64,000 nt of DNA from Candidatus Omnitrophota bacterium (lineage in GTDB: Bacteria > Omnitrophota > Gorgyraeia > Zapsychrales > Fredricksoniimonadaceae), in the NCBI GenBank assembly GCA_903944345.1, contig CAJARJ010000015.1, forward strand, positions 70,433 through 134,432, written 5' to 3'. Position 1 is the first letter of the stretch. Each line of letters opens with the position of its first letter. Positions 1-9,245 of the stretch are shown here, piece after piece. The notes beneath the pieces are model-generated. The model made no database searches and was not told where the DNA came from. It was given only the letters and a program-made list of their open reading frames with translations. The translations under genes and the position numbers were made by a program.

Positions 1-115
1 CCTGGCACGAACATCCTCCCGAACAAGACCCTCCCGGACGAAGAAAAGCAACAACCCGGGCAACCAGCAGGGCAATGACTCCGCCAACAATCAGGACAAC
101 CACTATCTTTTGCAT
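1..115 (-). CDS. FeoB-associated Cys-rich membrane protein, 5' part (gene runs off the window start)
   Basis: Minus-strand ATG at 115-113, 5 nt after the feoB stop. Translation MQKIVVVLIVGGVIALLVARVVAFLRPGGSCSGGCSCQ is one TM helix followed by a Gly/Cys-rich tail, typical of the small protein found downstream of feoB. Confidence 0.5.
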   Translation of the reverse strand, partial: MQKIVVVLIVGGVIALLVARVVAFLRPGGSCSGGCSCQ

Positions 116-119
116 AATC

Positions 120-2204
120 TTATCCTTTCACTCCGATTAACATTCCTCCCTGGTACACCACAAACGCCGCCACCCAGGCCAGCACTGTAGTCCAGAAAAG
201 CAGAAAAAACAGCCATTTGGCTTTTGATCCGGTCTCCCGGTAAAAAACCGTAATGGCAACAATACAGGGCGCGTAAATAAGACAAAACACCAGAAAGGCA
301 ACAGCTTTTAACGGACTCCACGCCGGATCAGCAGCCAACTGTTCTTTAAGAGAATCCGCATCTTCCGGGTCAACTTCACCTAACGAATAAACAGTCCCCA
401 ATGTACTGACCACAATTTCTTTGGCCGCCAGCCCGGCAATAAGCGCAACCCCCGCACTTCCTTCCATGCCTATCGGCTTGAGTACCGGAGCCAGAACGCC
501 GGCCAACTGCCCCGCATAACTATGTTCCATCTGATATGCCGCAGCAACCTCCCCGACAACATCTCCGGTTGGCGCCACCTCGGGGAATTTAAAGGCAGCC
601 CAAATCACGACAGATAACAATAGTATAATCGTCCCGGCTTTCCGCAGATAAAGCCAGCCACGTTCCCACATCTTCAGCAGTAGACCCTGAATCGTCGGCA
701 ACCGATAAGGCGGCAGCTCCATGACAAAATGCGCCGATTCACCTTTGAGCACAAAAGTTTTAAGTATCCATGCCGATCCAAAAGCAATCCCAATACTCAG
801 TGAATACATAAGCATCATCATCCCGGCTCCCTGCTCTGCAGGAAAAAACGCAGCAATAAACAAGGCAAAGATGGGCAACTTGGCTCCGCAAATCATAAAT
901 GGCACAACCATCATGGTGATCAGCCGGTCCCGGGGGCTTTCAAGTGTCCTGGTTGCCATTAATCCGGGAACAGCACAACCATTGGTCGATATCATCAGCG
1001 GCAAAAAAGATTTGCCGTGAAGCCCGAACTTGCTCATCAATTTATCCATTACAAATGCCGCCCGGGCCATGTAGCCGGAATCTTCAAAAAATGCGATTGC
1101 AAAAAACATAAACAAAACCAGCGGAAAAAAGCCAAGCACCCCCCCAACACCCCCGACTATCCCGTCCACTACCAGAGACTGCAGCAAGCCATCGGGAATA
1201 GACTTCTGCGCAAAGTGACCCAGCCATTCAAAAAGGCCCTCCACCCACCCGACCACAGGAGCCGAAAAAGCAAAAGTAAATTTGAAGATCACATACATGA
1301 CCAGGGCAAAAACAGGCAATCCAAAAAAACGACTCAAGACAATCTTGTCGATCTTTTCAGAAGCACTTATTCTGGCTTCAGAAATTTCCGTCACAACCTC
1401 TGCGCAAATCCCGCTGACAAAACCATAACGCCGGTCAGCCACCAGAACATCCGTCGTTTCGGAAAAATGCGCAGCCAGATGAGCCTGGCTTTTTTCCAGC
1501 GTTGCATGATAAACACCTCCCACAGAAGACGACGCTATTCTTTGCAGGACATCCGGATCATTTTCAAGCGACTTGACTGCAAGCCAGCGAACCGGATATT
1601 CAACAGACAAAATCCGATCTCTGGCAAGTTCCTGCTCGAGTTTTTCAAGTTCCTGCACAATTTCTGCCCCGTAATCAACACTGGCCCGGGCAGGAGTTCG
1701 CCCTTTTTGCTCATACACGCTGATAACCGCCTGCAACAAGTCTTTAACCCCCTCATTCTTGTTCCCGACCGTTACCACAACCGGAATATTCAAAAGGCGC
1801 TCCAGCTTTTTATAATCAATAGCCAACCCCTTGCTCTTGACCAGATCACTCATGTTCATAGCCAGAAGAAGCGGAGCATCAAGCTCAATCAGCTGGGTCG
1901 CCAGATAAAGATTACGTTCCAGATTGGAAGCATCAATGACATGCACCACAACATCCGGTTTTTCCCGCAAAATAAAATCACGCGCAACCTTTTCATCGTC
2001 CGAGCCAGCCGACAGGCTGTACGTTCCCGGCAAATCTACCACCGTAACCTCATAATTATCGGCGATTACCCGGCCTTCTTTTTTTTCAACAGTTACGCCG
2101 GGGTAGTTACCAACATGCTGGCGTGCCCCGGTCAGGCTGTTAAAGATAGTTGACTTCCCGCAATTAGGATTGCCGGCCAATGCTACCGTAAACTTCTTCT
2201 CCAT
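120..2204 (-). CDS. feoB: Ferrous iron transport protein B
   Basis: 694 aa. N-terminal G-protein domain (GNPNCGKST, DLPG) followed by a polytopic membrane domain. GGAGG RBS upstream of the ATG at 2204. Confidence 0.95.
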   Translation of the reverse strand: MEKKFTVALAGNPNCGKSTIFNSLTGARQHVGNYPGVTVEKKEGRVIADNYEVTVVDLPGTYSLSAGSDDEKVARDFILREKPDVVVHVIDASNLERNLYLATQLIELDAPLLLAMNMSDLVKSKGLAIDYKKLERLLNIPVVVTVGNKNEGVKDLLQAVISVYEQKGRTPARASVDYGAEIVQELEKLEQELARDRILSVEYPVRWLAVKSLENDPDVLQRIASSSVGGVYHATLEKSQAHLAAHFSETTDVLVADRRYGFVSGICAEVVTEISEARISASEKIDKIVLSRFFGLPVFALVMYVIFKFTFAFSAPVVGWVEGLFEWLGHFAQKSIPDGLLQSLVVDGIVGGVGGVLGFFPLVLFMFFAIAFFEDSGYMARAAFVMDKLMSKFGLHGKSFLPLMISTNGCAVPGLMATRTLESPRDRLITMMVVPFMICGAKLPIFALFIAAFFPAEQGAGMMMLMYSLSIGIAFGSAWILKTFVLKGESAHFVMELPPYRLPTIQGLLLKMWERGWLYLRKAGTIILLLSVVIWAAFKFPEVAPTGDVVGEVAAAYQMEHSYAGQLAGVLAPVLKPIGMEGSAGVALIAGLAAKEIVVSTLGTVYSLGEVDPEDADSLKEQLAADPAWSPLKAVAFLVFCLIYAPCIVAITVFYRETGSKAKWLFFLLFWTTVLAWVAAFVVYQGGMLIGVKG

Positions 2205-2241
2205 CTTGATGCCTCCTCTGGCCTGTCCCTCACGCCTTACT

Positions 2242-2472
2242 CTATATTTCTACCGCCACCAGGGCCGCTTCTTCCTTTCTTAAAGAAAGCGCGTAGCCCC
2301 TGAGCACAAGTTCAACCGGATCTCCAAACGGCGCAACACGCTCTACCTTGACCTGTACGCCGGGAACAAGGCCCATATCCAGCAGCCTTTTCTTTAATGA
2401 CCCTTCCGCAAGAAGCTTTACAATCTTGGCTTTTTGTCCAATTTTCACTTCTGTCAGTTTCTCGGTTGCCAT
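2242..2472 (-). CDS. feoA: Ferrous iron transport protein A
   Basis: FeoA SH3-like domain (VKLLAEGSLKKRLLDMGLVPGVQVKVERVAPFGDPVEL). Start placed at the internal ATG at 2472, which has an AAGGA RBS. The ORF-track start at 2499 has no RBS. Confidence 0.8.
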   Translation of the reverse strand: MATEKLTEVKIGQKAKIVKLLAEGSLKKRLLDMGLVPGVQVKVERVAPFGDPVELVLRGYALSLRKEEAALVAVEI

Positions 2473-2505
2473 TGACTCATCCTTTTGATTAGCTCTCATG
2501 AACTG

Positions 2506-2523
2506 TGTTAGCCCAGGCTAACT
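2506..2523. promoter_or_regulatory. DtxR/IdeR-like operator upstream of feoA (TGTTAGCCCAGGCTAACT)
   Basis: Near-palindrome TTAGCC-N-GGCTAA, resembling the DtxR/IdeR box TTAGGTTAGGCTAACCTAA. Lies 34 bp upstream of the feoA ATG. A second copy is at 3050-3067. Confidence 0.5.
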
Positions 2524-2540
2524 CAATAAACAAAAAAATA

Positions 2541-3008
2541 TTACGCACGCTCGCATTCACAGGTGACTTTTTTGCCAGTCTTCAAATACGTTTCCAGGTT
2601 CCTTAACAGCCTGGGCTTCTGGGTTCTGGCAGAATTTTCCAAAAACTTGAAAAACTTTACAAACCGGTCAAATGTTTCCTCACTGATGGCATGTTCAATG
2701 GAGCAAGCCTCCTGATCGGCCTGTTCCGGAGAAATCATAAGGAATTCCGTCAGAAAACGATAAAGAACATCGTGTTTCTCCTGAACGGCCGCAGCTAGTT
2801 TCTGTCCTTGCGGTGTCAGGGTGACGTAACCATATTTTTCATGAATCACCAGATCCCGGTCAGCAAGATTCTTCATGGCCGCATTGACACTCGGACTTTT
2901 GACATCCATCTTTTCGGCGATCTCGCTGACCCTGGCAACACCCTTCTCCCTGGACAAGGCGTGAATCGTCTCGAGATAATCTTCCATATTTTCGCTGAGT
3001 TTTTGCAT
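2541..3008 (-). CDS. DtxR/MntR-family metal-dependent transcriptional repressor
   Basis: 155 aa with an N-terminal winged-helix matching DtxR (MEDYLETIHALSREKGVARVSEIAEKMDVKSPSVNAAMKNLADRDLV) plus a metal-binding/dimerisation region. Sits directly upstream of feoAB on the same strand. Confidence 0.85.
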   Translation of the reverse strand: MQKLSENMEDYLETIHALSREKGVARVSEIAEKMDVKSPSVNAAMKNLADRDLVIHEKYGYVTLTPQGQKLAAAVQEKHDVLYRFLTEFLMISPEQADQEACSIEHAISEETFDRFVKFFKFLENSARTQKPRLLRNLETYLKTGKKVTCECERA

Positions 3009-3049
3009 ATCCGTGTCTTTTGATAAATTCGGCCATGAAAGAAAAGCAT

Positions 3050-3067
3050 TGTTAGTCTAGGCTAACA
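3050..3067. promoter_or_regulatory. DtxR/IdeR-like operator upstream of the dtxR-family gene (TGTTAGTCTAGGCTAACA)
   Basis: 18-bp near-perfect palindrome 42 bp upstream of the regulator ATG. Same half-sites (TGTTAG / CTAACA) as the box at 2506-2523. Confidence 0.5.
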
Positions 3068-3154
3068 TCCGGGTTTTGTCAAACAGAAACAGGCTCTCGC
3101 AAAAAGTATGTCTATGTAGAATGCCCCGGGAAGAAATGCCCTTGCAGACACGCG

Positions 3155-4408
3155 TTACGATCTTTTTCTGACAGAATCCCAACGAGACAAAAGCGCAGCA
3201 ACCAGCAATACTCCAGCCAACATCCCGACGGATACAACAAGATTGTTCAAAAGCGCCGGCCGGATGAGAAGTAACAGTCCCAGCACCAGCATCATCAACC
3301 CCGAAACCAGCTTAAGCAAACGCCCCTCACGTTCACTAAGCTTACGCGAACCCAAGGTCGTGGCAAAAAGCACGACTATTACCAGTAATGGAATCACATA
3401 AACCACGCAATACAAAGCAAGATACAGATAATATCGCGAAACTGGAAGATTCTGCAAGGTCAAGGCCCGCGTGAAAATCATCGGAAAACCCGCCGTACAC
3501 AAAAGTTCATACATATTAGCCAGCACCGACAAGACCAGAGTTCCAGCCAGAAGGCCGGGCATTGAGCCGGCAGAAATAAGGGCGCGCATCCGGGACGTCA
3601 GCGATTCACGGGCCTCCCGGGAGAGTGTCAAGGAAACTCCCTGTTTGAAAAAAAAGTAATCCTTGATATTAATGACCGCCATCACAAGGGCAATGATCCC
3701 GGCGATCCCGGTAATAAGATTAACTTTCCCTGTAACCATGAAAAGGTTGAGCCAAGCCGCCATAAACAGAAAATACACCAGTCCCGAACAAAATACAAAA
3801 ACACCACCCACCACCAGCATCCTGATCCGTGATTGTGCATGGGCCATAAAGCTCAGAAGCATCAACAAGACAAAGAATGCACACGGATTAAAGCTGTCCA
3901 GCCCCGCCAGGACAACGGTCAAAAGCGGCAGGGACACCCGGGAGGTATCTGTGCGCCCAAGAAAAGGCAAGTCTACCGCTGAAGGCGCCGGAAGGCTCGC
4001 GACTGAACGCTGCATCAGTTCCGCCGGATCCAGGCAGTTGACGCTCATACACTCCCTGACGGACTCCTCGATCTGCACAGACTTCTCATCACTAAAACCC
4101 AACCATGAACGAATATCGATAAATGTGGCCGGAACGCTCCCTCCACTCAGACCGTAAGCTGCGGCCATTTTCTGATAGAGCTCCTTGTTTTGCTCGTTAT
4201 ACCAGACCTCGTAATCCCTGACGACCAGGCCCGGATACTTTTCCTTGAGGCTCTCCAGAAACGGCTTTTCATGACCGCAATGCGGACAGCCGTCACCCCA
4301 GAAAAAATATAACACCGCCTTTGGCTCAGTCTCTTGTGTCAAAGCCGTTTTAGCTGGACACACAGCTGCAAAAAGGACAAGAAACAAAAATGCGAATTTC
4401 CTGATCAT
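3155..4408 (-). CDS. Thioredoxin-fold protein fused to a DsbD/CcdA-type transmembrane thiol-disulfide transporter domain
   Basis: Start reassigned to the ATG at 4408, which has an AGGAGG RBS. Signal peptide MIRKFAFLFLVLFAAVCPA, then a CPHC thioredoxin motif, then a multi-TM domain with conserved Cys residues (CAFFVLLMLLSF, CTAGFP). Confidence 0.7.
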   Translation of the reverse strand: MIRKFAFLFLVLFAAVCPAKTALTQETEPKAVLYFFWGDGCPHCGHEKPFLESLKEKYPGLVVRDYEVWYNEQNKELYQKMAAAYGLSGGSVPATFIDIRSWLGFSDEKSVQIEESVRECMSVNCLDPAELMQRSVASLPAPSAVDLPFLGRTDTSRVSLPLLTVVLAGLDSFNPCAFFVLLMLLSFMAHAQSRIRMLVVGGVFVFCSGLVYFLFMAAWLNLFMVTGKVNLITGIAGIIALVMAVINIKDYFFFKQGVSLTLSREARESLTSRMRALISAGSMPGLLAGTLVLSVLANMYELLCTAGFPMIFTRALTLQNLPVSRYYLYLALYCVVYVIPLLVIVVLFATTLGSRKLSEREGRLLKLVSGLMMLVLGLLLLIRPALLNNLVVSVGMLAGVLLVAALLSRWDSVRKRS

Positions 4409-4454
4409 TGAAACCTCCTGTATATTGCCCTCATCATACCATCGCAGCCTGGCT

Positions 4455-4501
4455 GAAAACAACAGAAAGCCATTACAACTTGCATGGTTGTAATGGCTTT
4501 C
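4455..4501 (-). terminator. Rho-independent terminator (perfect 15-bp stem GAAAGCCATTACAAC / GTTGTAATGGCTTTC)
   Basis: Perfect inverted repeat with a 7-nt loop. On the minus strand it is followed by a U-rich tract (tgttgttttc). Lies downstream of the 4570-4932 gene. Confidence 0.55.
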
Positions 4502-4569
4502 TGCACCGGGAATACCAATCACACCGGCGATTCCAATTCTTTTTCGCTACAAATCAACTTCTACTCTCT

Positions 4570-4932
4570 TTACCGAGAGCAGATCGAGGGAGTTCCGGCG
4601 ACAATGCGCGCTGCCTGCTCAACACAATCCGCGCACCCCAATCGCCGGGCGGAACGAATAGTACGACAAGTAAGCCCGCCGGCTTCGCGCTGAAAGAAGG
4701 CCTCAATCTCGACCTTCTTTTCCGGTGCTGTCTTTTCGGCAATCTGCAGAGCTGCGTACACCGCCCCACAATACCCCTGAGCAGCACGGCCACCCGACGC
4801 TCCCGCCATGGCCCTTACAAAATCGTCTGCAAGGTCACAGGAATCCCGTAGAGCTTCTGCTACAGCCTGCGCACAGGTTAAGCGGGGAACCCCCTGACCC
4901 AGAAAATACTTACGTGCTGTCTCTGCAACCAT
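4570..4932 (-). CDS. Putative redox-active protein, C_GCAxxG_C_C family
   Basis: 120 aa starting at the ATG at 4932 with an AGGAGG RBS. Conserved Cys pattern (LTCAQAV, GYCGAVYAAL, GLTCRTI, GCADC) resembles the C_GCAxxG_C_C family. Confidence 0.45.
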   Translation of the reverse strand: MVAETARKYFLGQGVPRLTCAQAVAEALRDSCDLADDFVRAMAGASGGRAAQGYCGAVYAALQIAEKTAPEKKVEIEAFFQREAGGLTCRTIRSARRLGCADCVEQAARIVAGTPSICSR

Positions 4933-5048
4933 AATACAAAGCCTCCTGCTATTGACATCTTTAAGACTTGCTAAACCGCTCTTCTCGTTCTTGGCATATG
5001 TCAATAATAGCCGAAAAAAAGATTTTGTCAAGTCCGGAAAGAAAACAA

Positions 5049-8000
5049 CTATTTTCGGGAATGATCGACAGCCAGCAACATGTACATCGCCGGCACAACA
5101 AAAACCGTAAACAAGGTGCCGATAGCAATACCCGTCGCAATCACAAGCCCCATATTAAAACGGCCCGCCGCGCCGGCGCCGGAGGCAATCACCAAGGGCA
5201 TGACACCAAGAACGGTAGAGGCGGTGGTCATCAAAATCGGACGCAAACGAATCCCGGAAGACATCTCAATCGCCTCGCGCTTCTTCTTGCCTTCTTTTTG
5301 CAAATCATTGGCAAACTGGACAATCAAAATCCCGTGTTTACTGATAAGGCCTATCAGAGTGACCAGCCCGACCTGGGTATAAATATTAAGCGTCGCCCCT
5401 CCGATCCCCAGACTGATGAAAATCATGGCCCCGCAAATCGACATGGGAACGCTGACCAGAATAATCAAAGGGTCACGAAAACTCTCGAACTGCGCCGCCA
5501 GTGCGAGAAAAATAATAATAATGGCAAAAAAGAAAGTCAGAACAAGTGAGCTGGATTCTTTCATAAACTGGCGCGACTGTCCCGAGTAATCTACTCCATA
5601 CCCCTGTGGCAGGGAATCCTGGCCTATTTTTCTCAAAGCCTCCAGAGCCTGTCCCAGCGTGACTCCCGGCATGGGGACTCCCGAGATTGTGACAGAATTA
5701 AGCTGCTGAAAATGGTTAAGCGAACGGGGAACAACTGCTTTTTTAAGGCTGGCAATCGTGCCCAGCGGGACTACGGAACCATTTTTCGTAGTCATGTAGT
5801 AATCCAAAAGCTGATCGGCATTAAGACGTTCTTTCTGCATAGCCTGCGGGATCACCTTGTAGGAACGGCCGGAAAGACTAAAATAATTGACATACCCGCC
5901 GCCGAGCATGGATCCCAGCGCTCCGCCCACTTCTTGCATGGATAACCCCATCTGCGCCGCCTTCTCCCGGTCGATCAGCAGCTGGGTCTGCGGCTTGTCA
6001 ATCTTCAAATCCTTGTCCACATAAATAAACATTCCACTGGCTTTGGCCTTGTCCAGAACAGCCTGGGCCACCTCGTCAAGACGCTCGGGTGAATCGGTTG
6101 TCCCGATTACAAACTGCACGGGCATACCTTCTCCTCCACCCGGAAGAGCCGGTGGCAGAAACGCCACACCATCTACCCCGGTCAAACCTGCCAGCTTTGT
6201 CTGCAAGTCCTCCTGTACCGCCAGAGAAGAACGTTTGCGGTCTTTCCAGGGCTTGAGCACCACCCCGCCAAAAGAGGAATTCAGTCCGCCCATGCCATCG
6301 ATCTGGAAAAAGTGTTCCGCCTCGGGGTAATCCTTGACAATTTTCCCGATCTCTCCGGAATAAAGCACCATCTGATCCAAAGATGCCGTAGGAGCCCCCG
6401 TATAAAACGCCATGACAAAACCAGGATCCTCTGTCGGCGCAAGTTCGCTCTTGGCACTGACAAAAAGATAGTAATTACTCATAAGGACAATGGCAGCAAA
6501 GACCGCAACTACCGGTAAATTATCCAGTGCTCCATGCAGAAACTTCTCGTAGAGCCTGCGCAAAGCCTCGAAACGCTCATCAATAAACTCGACAAAAGTG
6601 TGCCGCTCCTTGTGCTCGTAATGCCTGAGCAGCCTGGCGCACATCATTGGTGACAAAGTCAGAGCAACCACAGCCGAAACCGTAACCGCTCCGGCCAGAG
6701 TAAAGGCAAACTCGGTGAAGAGTGCTCCAGTCAACCCGCCCATAAATCCAATGGGGACATAAACAGCAATCAGCACAATCGTCATGGCAATGACCGGACC
6801 ACACAGCTCCCGCCCGCCCCGAAGCGCCGCTTCCAGAGGAGGCAGCCCGTCTTCTATATGCCGGTGGATATTCTCGACCACAATAATCGCATCATCTACA
6901 ACCAGTCCGATGGCCAGAACAAGAGCCAGCAGAGTCAACAGATTGATGGTATAGCCCATCAACAACATGATAAAGAATGTTCCCACCAATGACAGTGGCA
7001 TCGCCAGCGAAGGAATAAGAACAGAACGAAACGATCCCAGAAAAAGGAAGATCACGCCCGTCACAATCAAAAGGGCTTCAAGCAGTGTCTTGACAACTTC
7101 ATGGATTGAATTATTAACGTAATTGGTCGCATCATAAACAATGCGACCCTCAAGCCCCTGGGGAAGCTGGGACTCAATCTCGGGAAAAACTTTTCGTACC
7201 CGGTCAATGACCGTCAGAAGATTGGCGGTCGGCGCCACCTTGATACCCACAAACACCGCACTCTCGCCATCGAAGGAAACTGAAACATCATAATTTTCCG
7301 AACCAAGAGTGACGTTGGCAACGTCTTCCAGCCGTACGATAGCACCCCCCACGGAACGAACAACCATCTTCCTGAACTCCGCCACCGAATGCATTCCGGT
7401 TGCGGCTGTCAAATCCATTGTCACCACCTGCCCCTGGGTGCGCCCTACAGCAGAAATAAAATTATTCGCTGCCAGAGCGGAACTCACATCCGACGCGGTC
7501 AAGCCGTAAGCGGCCAGCCTCCGGGGATCAAGCCAGATGCGCATAGCAAACTGGCGACTTCCGATGACCTCCGCAGTCTGCACACCTTCGACTGTCTGCA
7601 ATTTGGGCTGCACCACCCGAACCAGATAATCAGAAGTATTATTTGCAGGCAGAACCTTACTGTAAAAGCCAAGATACATGGAAGCAGTCGATTCCCCGGT
7701 TTCCACTGTTATGGTCGGTTGCTGGGCTTCTGCCGGCAACTGGTTACGCACCGCATTCACCTTGGTGTTAATCTCGGTAAGAGCACGATTCGAGTCATAA
7801 TTCAGGCGCAAAGTAGCCTTGATGGTGCTGACACTCGGGCTGCTGGAAGAAGACATATAGTCAATGCCGTTCGCCTGGGCGATTGAATTCTCAAGAGGTG
7901 TTGTAATAAACCCGGCCACCAGTTCCGGATCTGCGCCCGTGTAAACAGTCGTAACGGTTATGACCGCATTCTGTGTCTCGGGATACTCCCGCACGCCCAG

Positions 8001-8093
8001 CAAACTCACGGCCCGGATACCCAGGACAAGGATCACGAGGCTGACAACAATCGCCAGAACCGGACGACGGATAAAGATATCGGTAAAATTCAT
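5049..8093 (-). CDS. RND multidrug efflux permease (AcrB/HAE1 family)
   Basis: 1014 aa with 12-TM RND architecture and two large periplasmic loops. N-terminus MNFTDIFIRRPVLAIVVSL is typical of AcrB-like pumps. Confidence 0.9.
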   Translation of the reverse strand: MNFTDIFIRRPVLAIVVSLVILVLGIRAVSLLGVREYPETQNAVITVTTVYTGADPELVAGFITTPLENSIAQANGIDYMSSSSSPSVSTIKATLRLNYDSNRALTEINTKVNAVRNQLPAEAQQPTITVETGESTASMYLGFYSKVLPANNTSDYLVRVVQPKLQTVEGVQTAEVIGSRQFAMRIWLDPRRLAAYGLTASDVSSALAANNFISAVGRTQGQVVTMDLTAATGMHSVAEFRKMVVRSVGGAIVRLEDVANVTLGSENYDVSVSFDGESAVFVGIKVAPTANLLTVIDRVRKVFPEIESQLPQGLEGRIVYDATNYVNNSIHEVVKTLLEALLIVTGVIFLFLGSFRSVLIPSLAMPLSLVGTFFIMLLMGYTINLLTLLALVLAIGLVVDDAIIVVENIHRHIEDGLPPLEAALRGGRELCGPVIAMTIVLIAVYVPIGFMGGLTGALFTEFAFTLAGAVTVSAVVALTLSPMMCARLLRHYEHKERHTFVEFIDERFEALRRLYEKFLHGALDNLPVVAVFAAIVLMSNYYLFVSAKSELAPTEDPGFVMAFYTGAPTASLDQMVLYSGEIGKIVKDYPEAEHFFQIDGMGGLNSSFGGVVLKPWKDRKRSSLAVQEDLQTKLAGLTGVDGVAFLPPALPGGGEGMPVQFVIGTTDSPERLDEVAQAVLDKAKASGMFIYVDKDLKIDKPQTQLLIDREKAAQMGLSMQEVGGALGSMLGGGYVNYFSLSGRSYKVIPQAMQKERLNADQLLDYYMTTKNGSVVPLGTIASLKKAVVPRSLNHFQQLNSVTISGVPMPGVTLGQALEALRKIGQDSLPQGYGVDYSGQSRQFMKESSSLVLTFFFAIIIIFLALAAQFESFRDPLIILVSVPMSICGAMIFISLGIGGATLNIYTQVGLVTLIGLISKHGILIVQFANDLQKEGKKKREAIEMSSGIRLRPILMTTASTVLGVMPLVIASGAGAAGRFNMGLVIATGIAIGTLFTVFVVPAMYMLLAVDHSRK

Positions 8094-8105
8094 AACACTC
8101 TTTCT

Positions 8106-9236
8106 TTATTCATCCCGCGGATTCGGAGCAGGATCGTTAGGCAATGCGGGCTCATTGCTAATCACCAGCAAGCTCCCGTTCTTCAGTTTATGCTGCCCGG
8201 CTGAAACAACCTCGCTGCCGACAGGTATGCCATCAAGAACCGCAATCTGATCTCCCCGCGTCTCCCCGGTTTTAATAAACGTCTGCCGGGCCGTCAGGAC
8301 AGGCTGCCCGTCGGCGCCCTTCTCTTTCTCCTCAACCAGAAAGACTGTTTCGCCATACGGATTAAAACTGACGCACGCCTGCGGGATGGTCACCTGATTA
8401 AGAACATTCCCGGACTTGACTTCAACAGATACAAACATCCCTGGCAAAAACTCTCCTGCAGGATTGGCAACGGTGGCCTCGACCAGAATATTGCGCGAAT
8501 CCTTGTCGACCCGGGGGGCCATAGCCGTAATTTTCCCCTCAAACACATGCCCAGGACGCGCATCCGCCGTGATTATAACCATCTGCCCGGTCGAAAGCCG
8601 CGCAAACTCCTGCTGCGGAACAAAGAAATCTACCCGCAAAGGATCCATTGCCTGCAAAGTTACAAAAGTTTCCCCCGGGTTAAGATATCCACCCACGCTT
8701 AACGTACTTATCCCTAACTTCCCGGAGAACGGCGCCCGGATAGTTTTCTTCGCGATCATTGCCTCCTGCTCTTCGACCTGAGCTTCCCGGCTTTTAAGCT
8801 CGGCAACACCCGCATCCACGACAGCCTGGCTGATCGCCCGCACATCCAGCTGTTTCTTGTCCCGTTCATAAACAATCCTGGCCAATTCGGCAGCGGCTTT
8901 CAAAGCTTTCAGGCGTGCCCGGTCGGTATCCGCATTCAGTTCCATCAACACATCCCCAAGCTGCACTTCATCTCCTGAAGAGAAATGAACCGCCTGAACC
9001 TGTCCTGCCACCTCACTCGAAATTTCGACCCCCCTGGCGGCCCGCAAATCTCCTACAACATTAATGCCAGGCTGCCACAACTGCGTACCGGCCCGGACAG
9101 TAGACACACTGACCGGCGGCTCCTTCTGAGAGGCAAAATACTGCTTCATCATATAACTGCCAAAGGCATGATAGCCCCAAATGCCGCCAAAAACACACCC
9201 GACAATAACCAGCATAAGCAACATCTTTTTACCCAT
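8106..9236 (-). CDS. RND efflux periplasmic adaptor (membrane fusion protein, HlyD family)
   Basis: 376 aa with an N-terminal TM anchor, coiled-coil and beta-barrel/lipoyl-like regions. Located between the OMF and RND genes. Confidence 0.85.
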   Translation of the reverse strand: MGKKMLLMLVIVGCVFGGIWGYHAFGSYMMKQYFASQKEPPVSVSTVRAGTQLWQPGINVVGDLRAARGVEISSEVAGQVQAVHFSSGDEVQLGDVLMELNADTDRARLKALKAAAELARIVYERDKKQLDVRAISQAVVDAGVAELKSREAQVEEQEAMIAKKTIRAPFSGKLGISTLSVGGYLNPGETFVTLQAMDPLRVDFFVPQQEFARLSTGQMVIITADARPGHVFEGKITAMAPRVDKDSRNILVEATVANPAGEFLPGMFVSVEVKSGNVLNQVTIPQACVSFNPYGETVFLVEEKEKGADGQPVLTARQTFIKTGETRGDQIAVLDGIPVGSEVVSAGQHKLKNGSLLVISNEPALPNDPAPNPRDE

Positions 9237-9245
9237 AACGACTCC

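Noticed and set aside
103-321. 72-aa minus-strand ORF overlapping the 3' end of feoB in another frame
   Set aside because: It is an alternative frame of the FeoB coding region, and the true downstream small gene starts at 115.
1017-2153. 378-aa plus-strand ORF lying wholly inside feoB, antisense to it
   Set aside because: The minus strand here encodes a textbook FeoB. The plus-strand translation is low-complexity (Arg/Lys/His-rich) with no motif, which is a typical antisense artefact.
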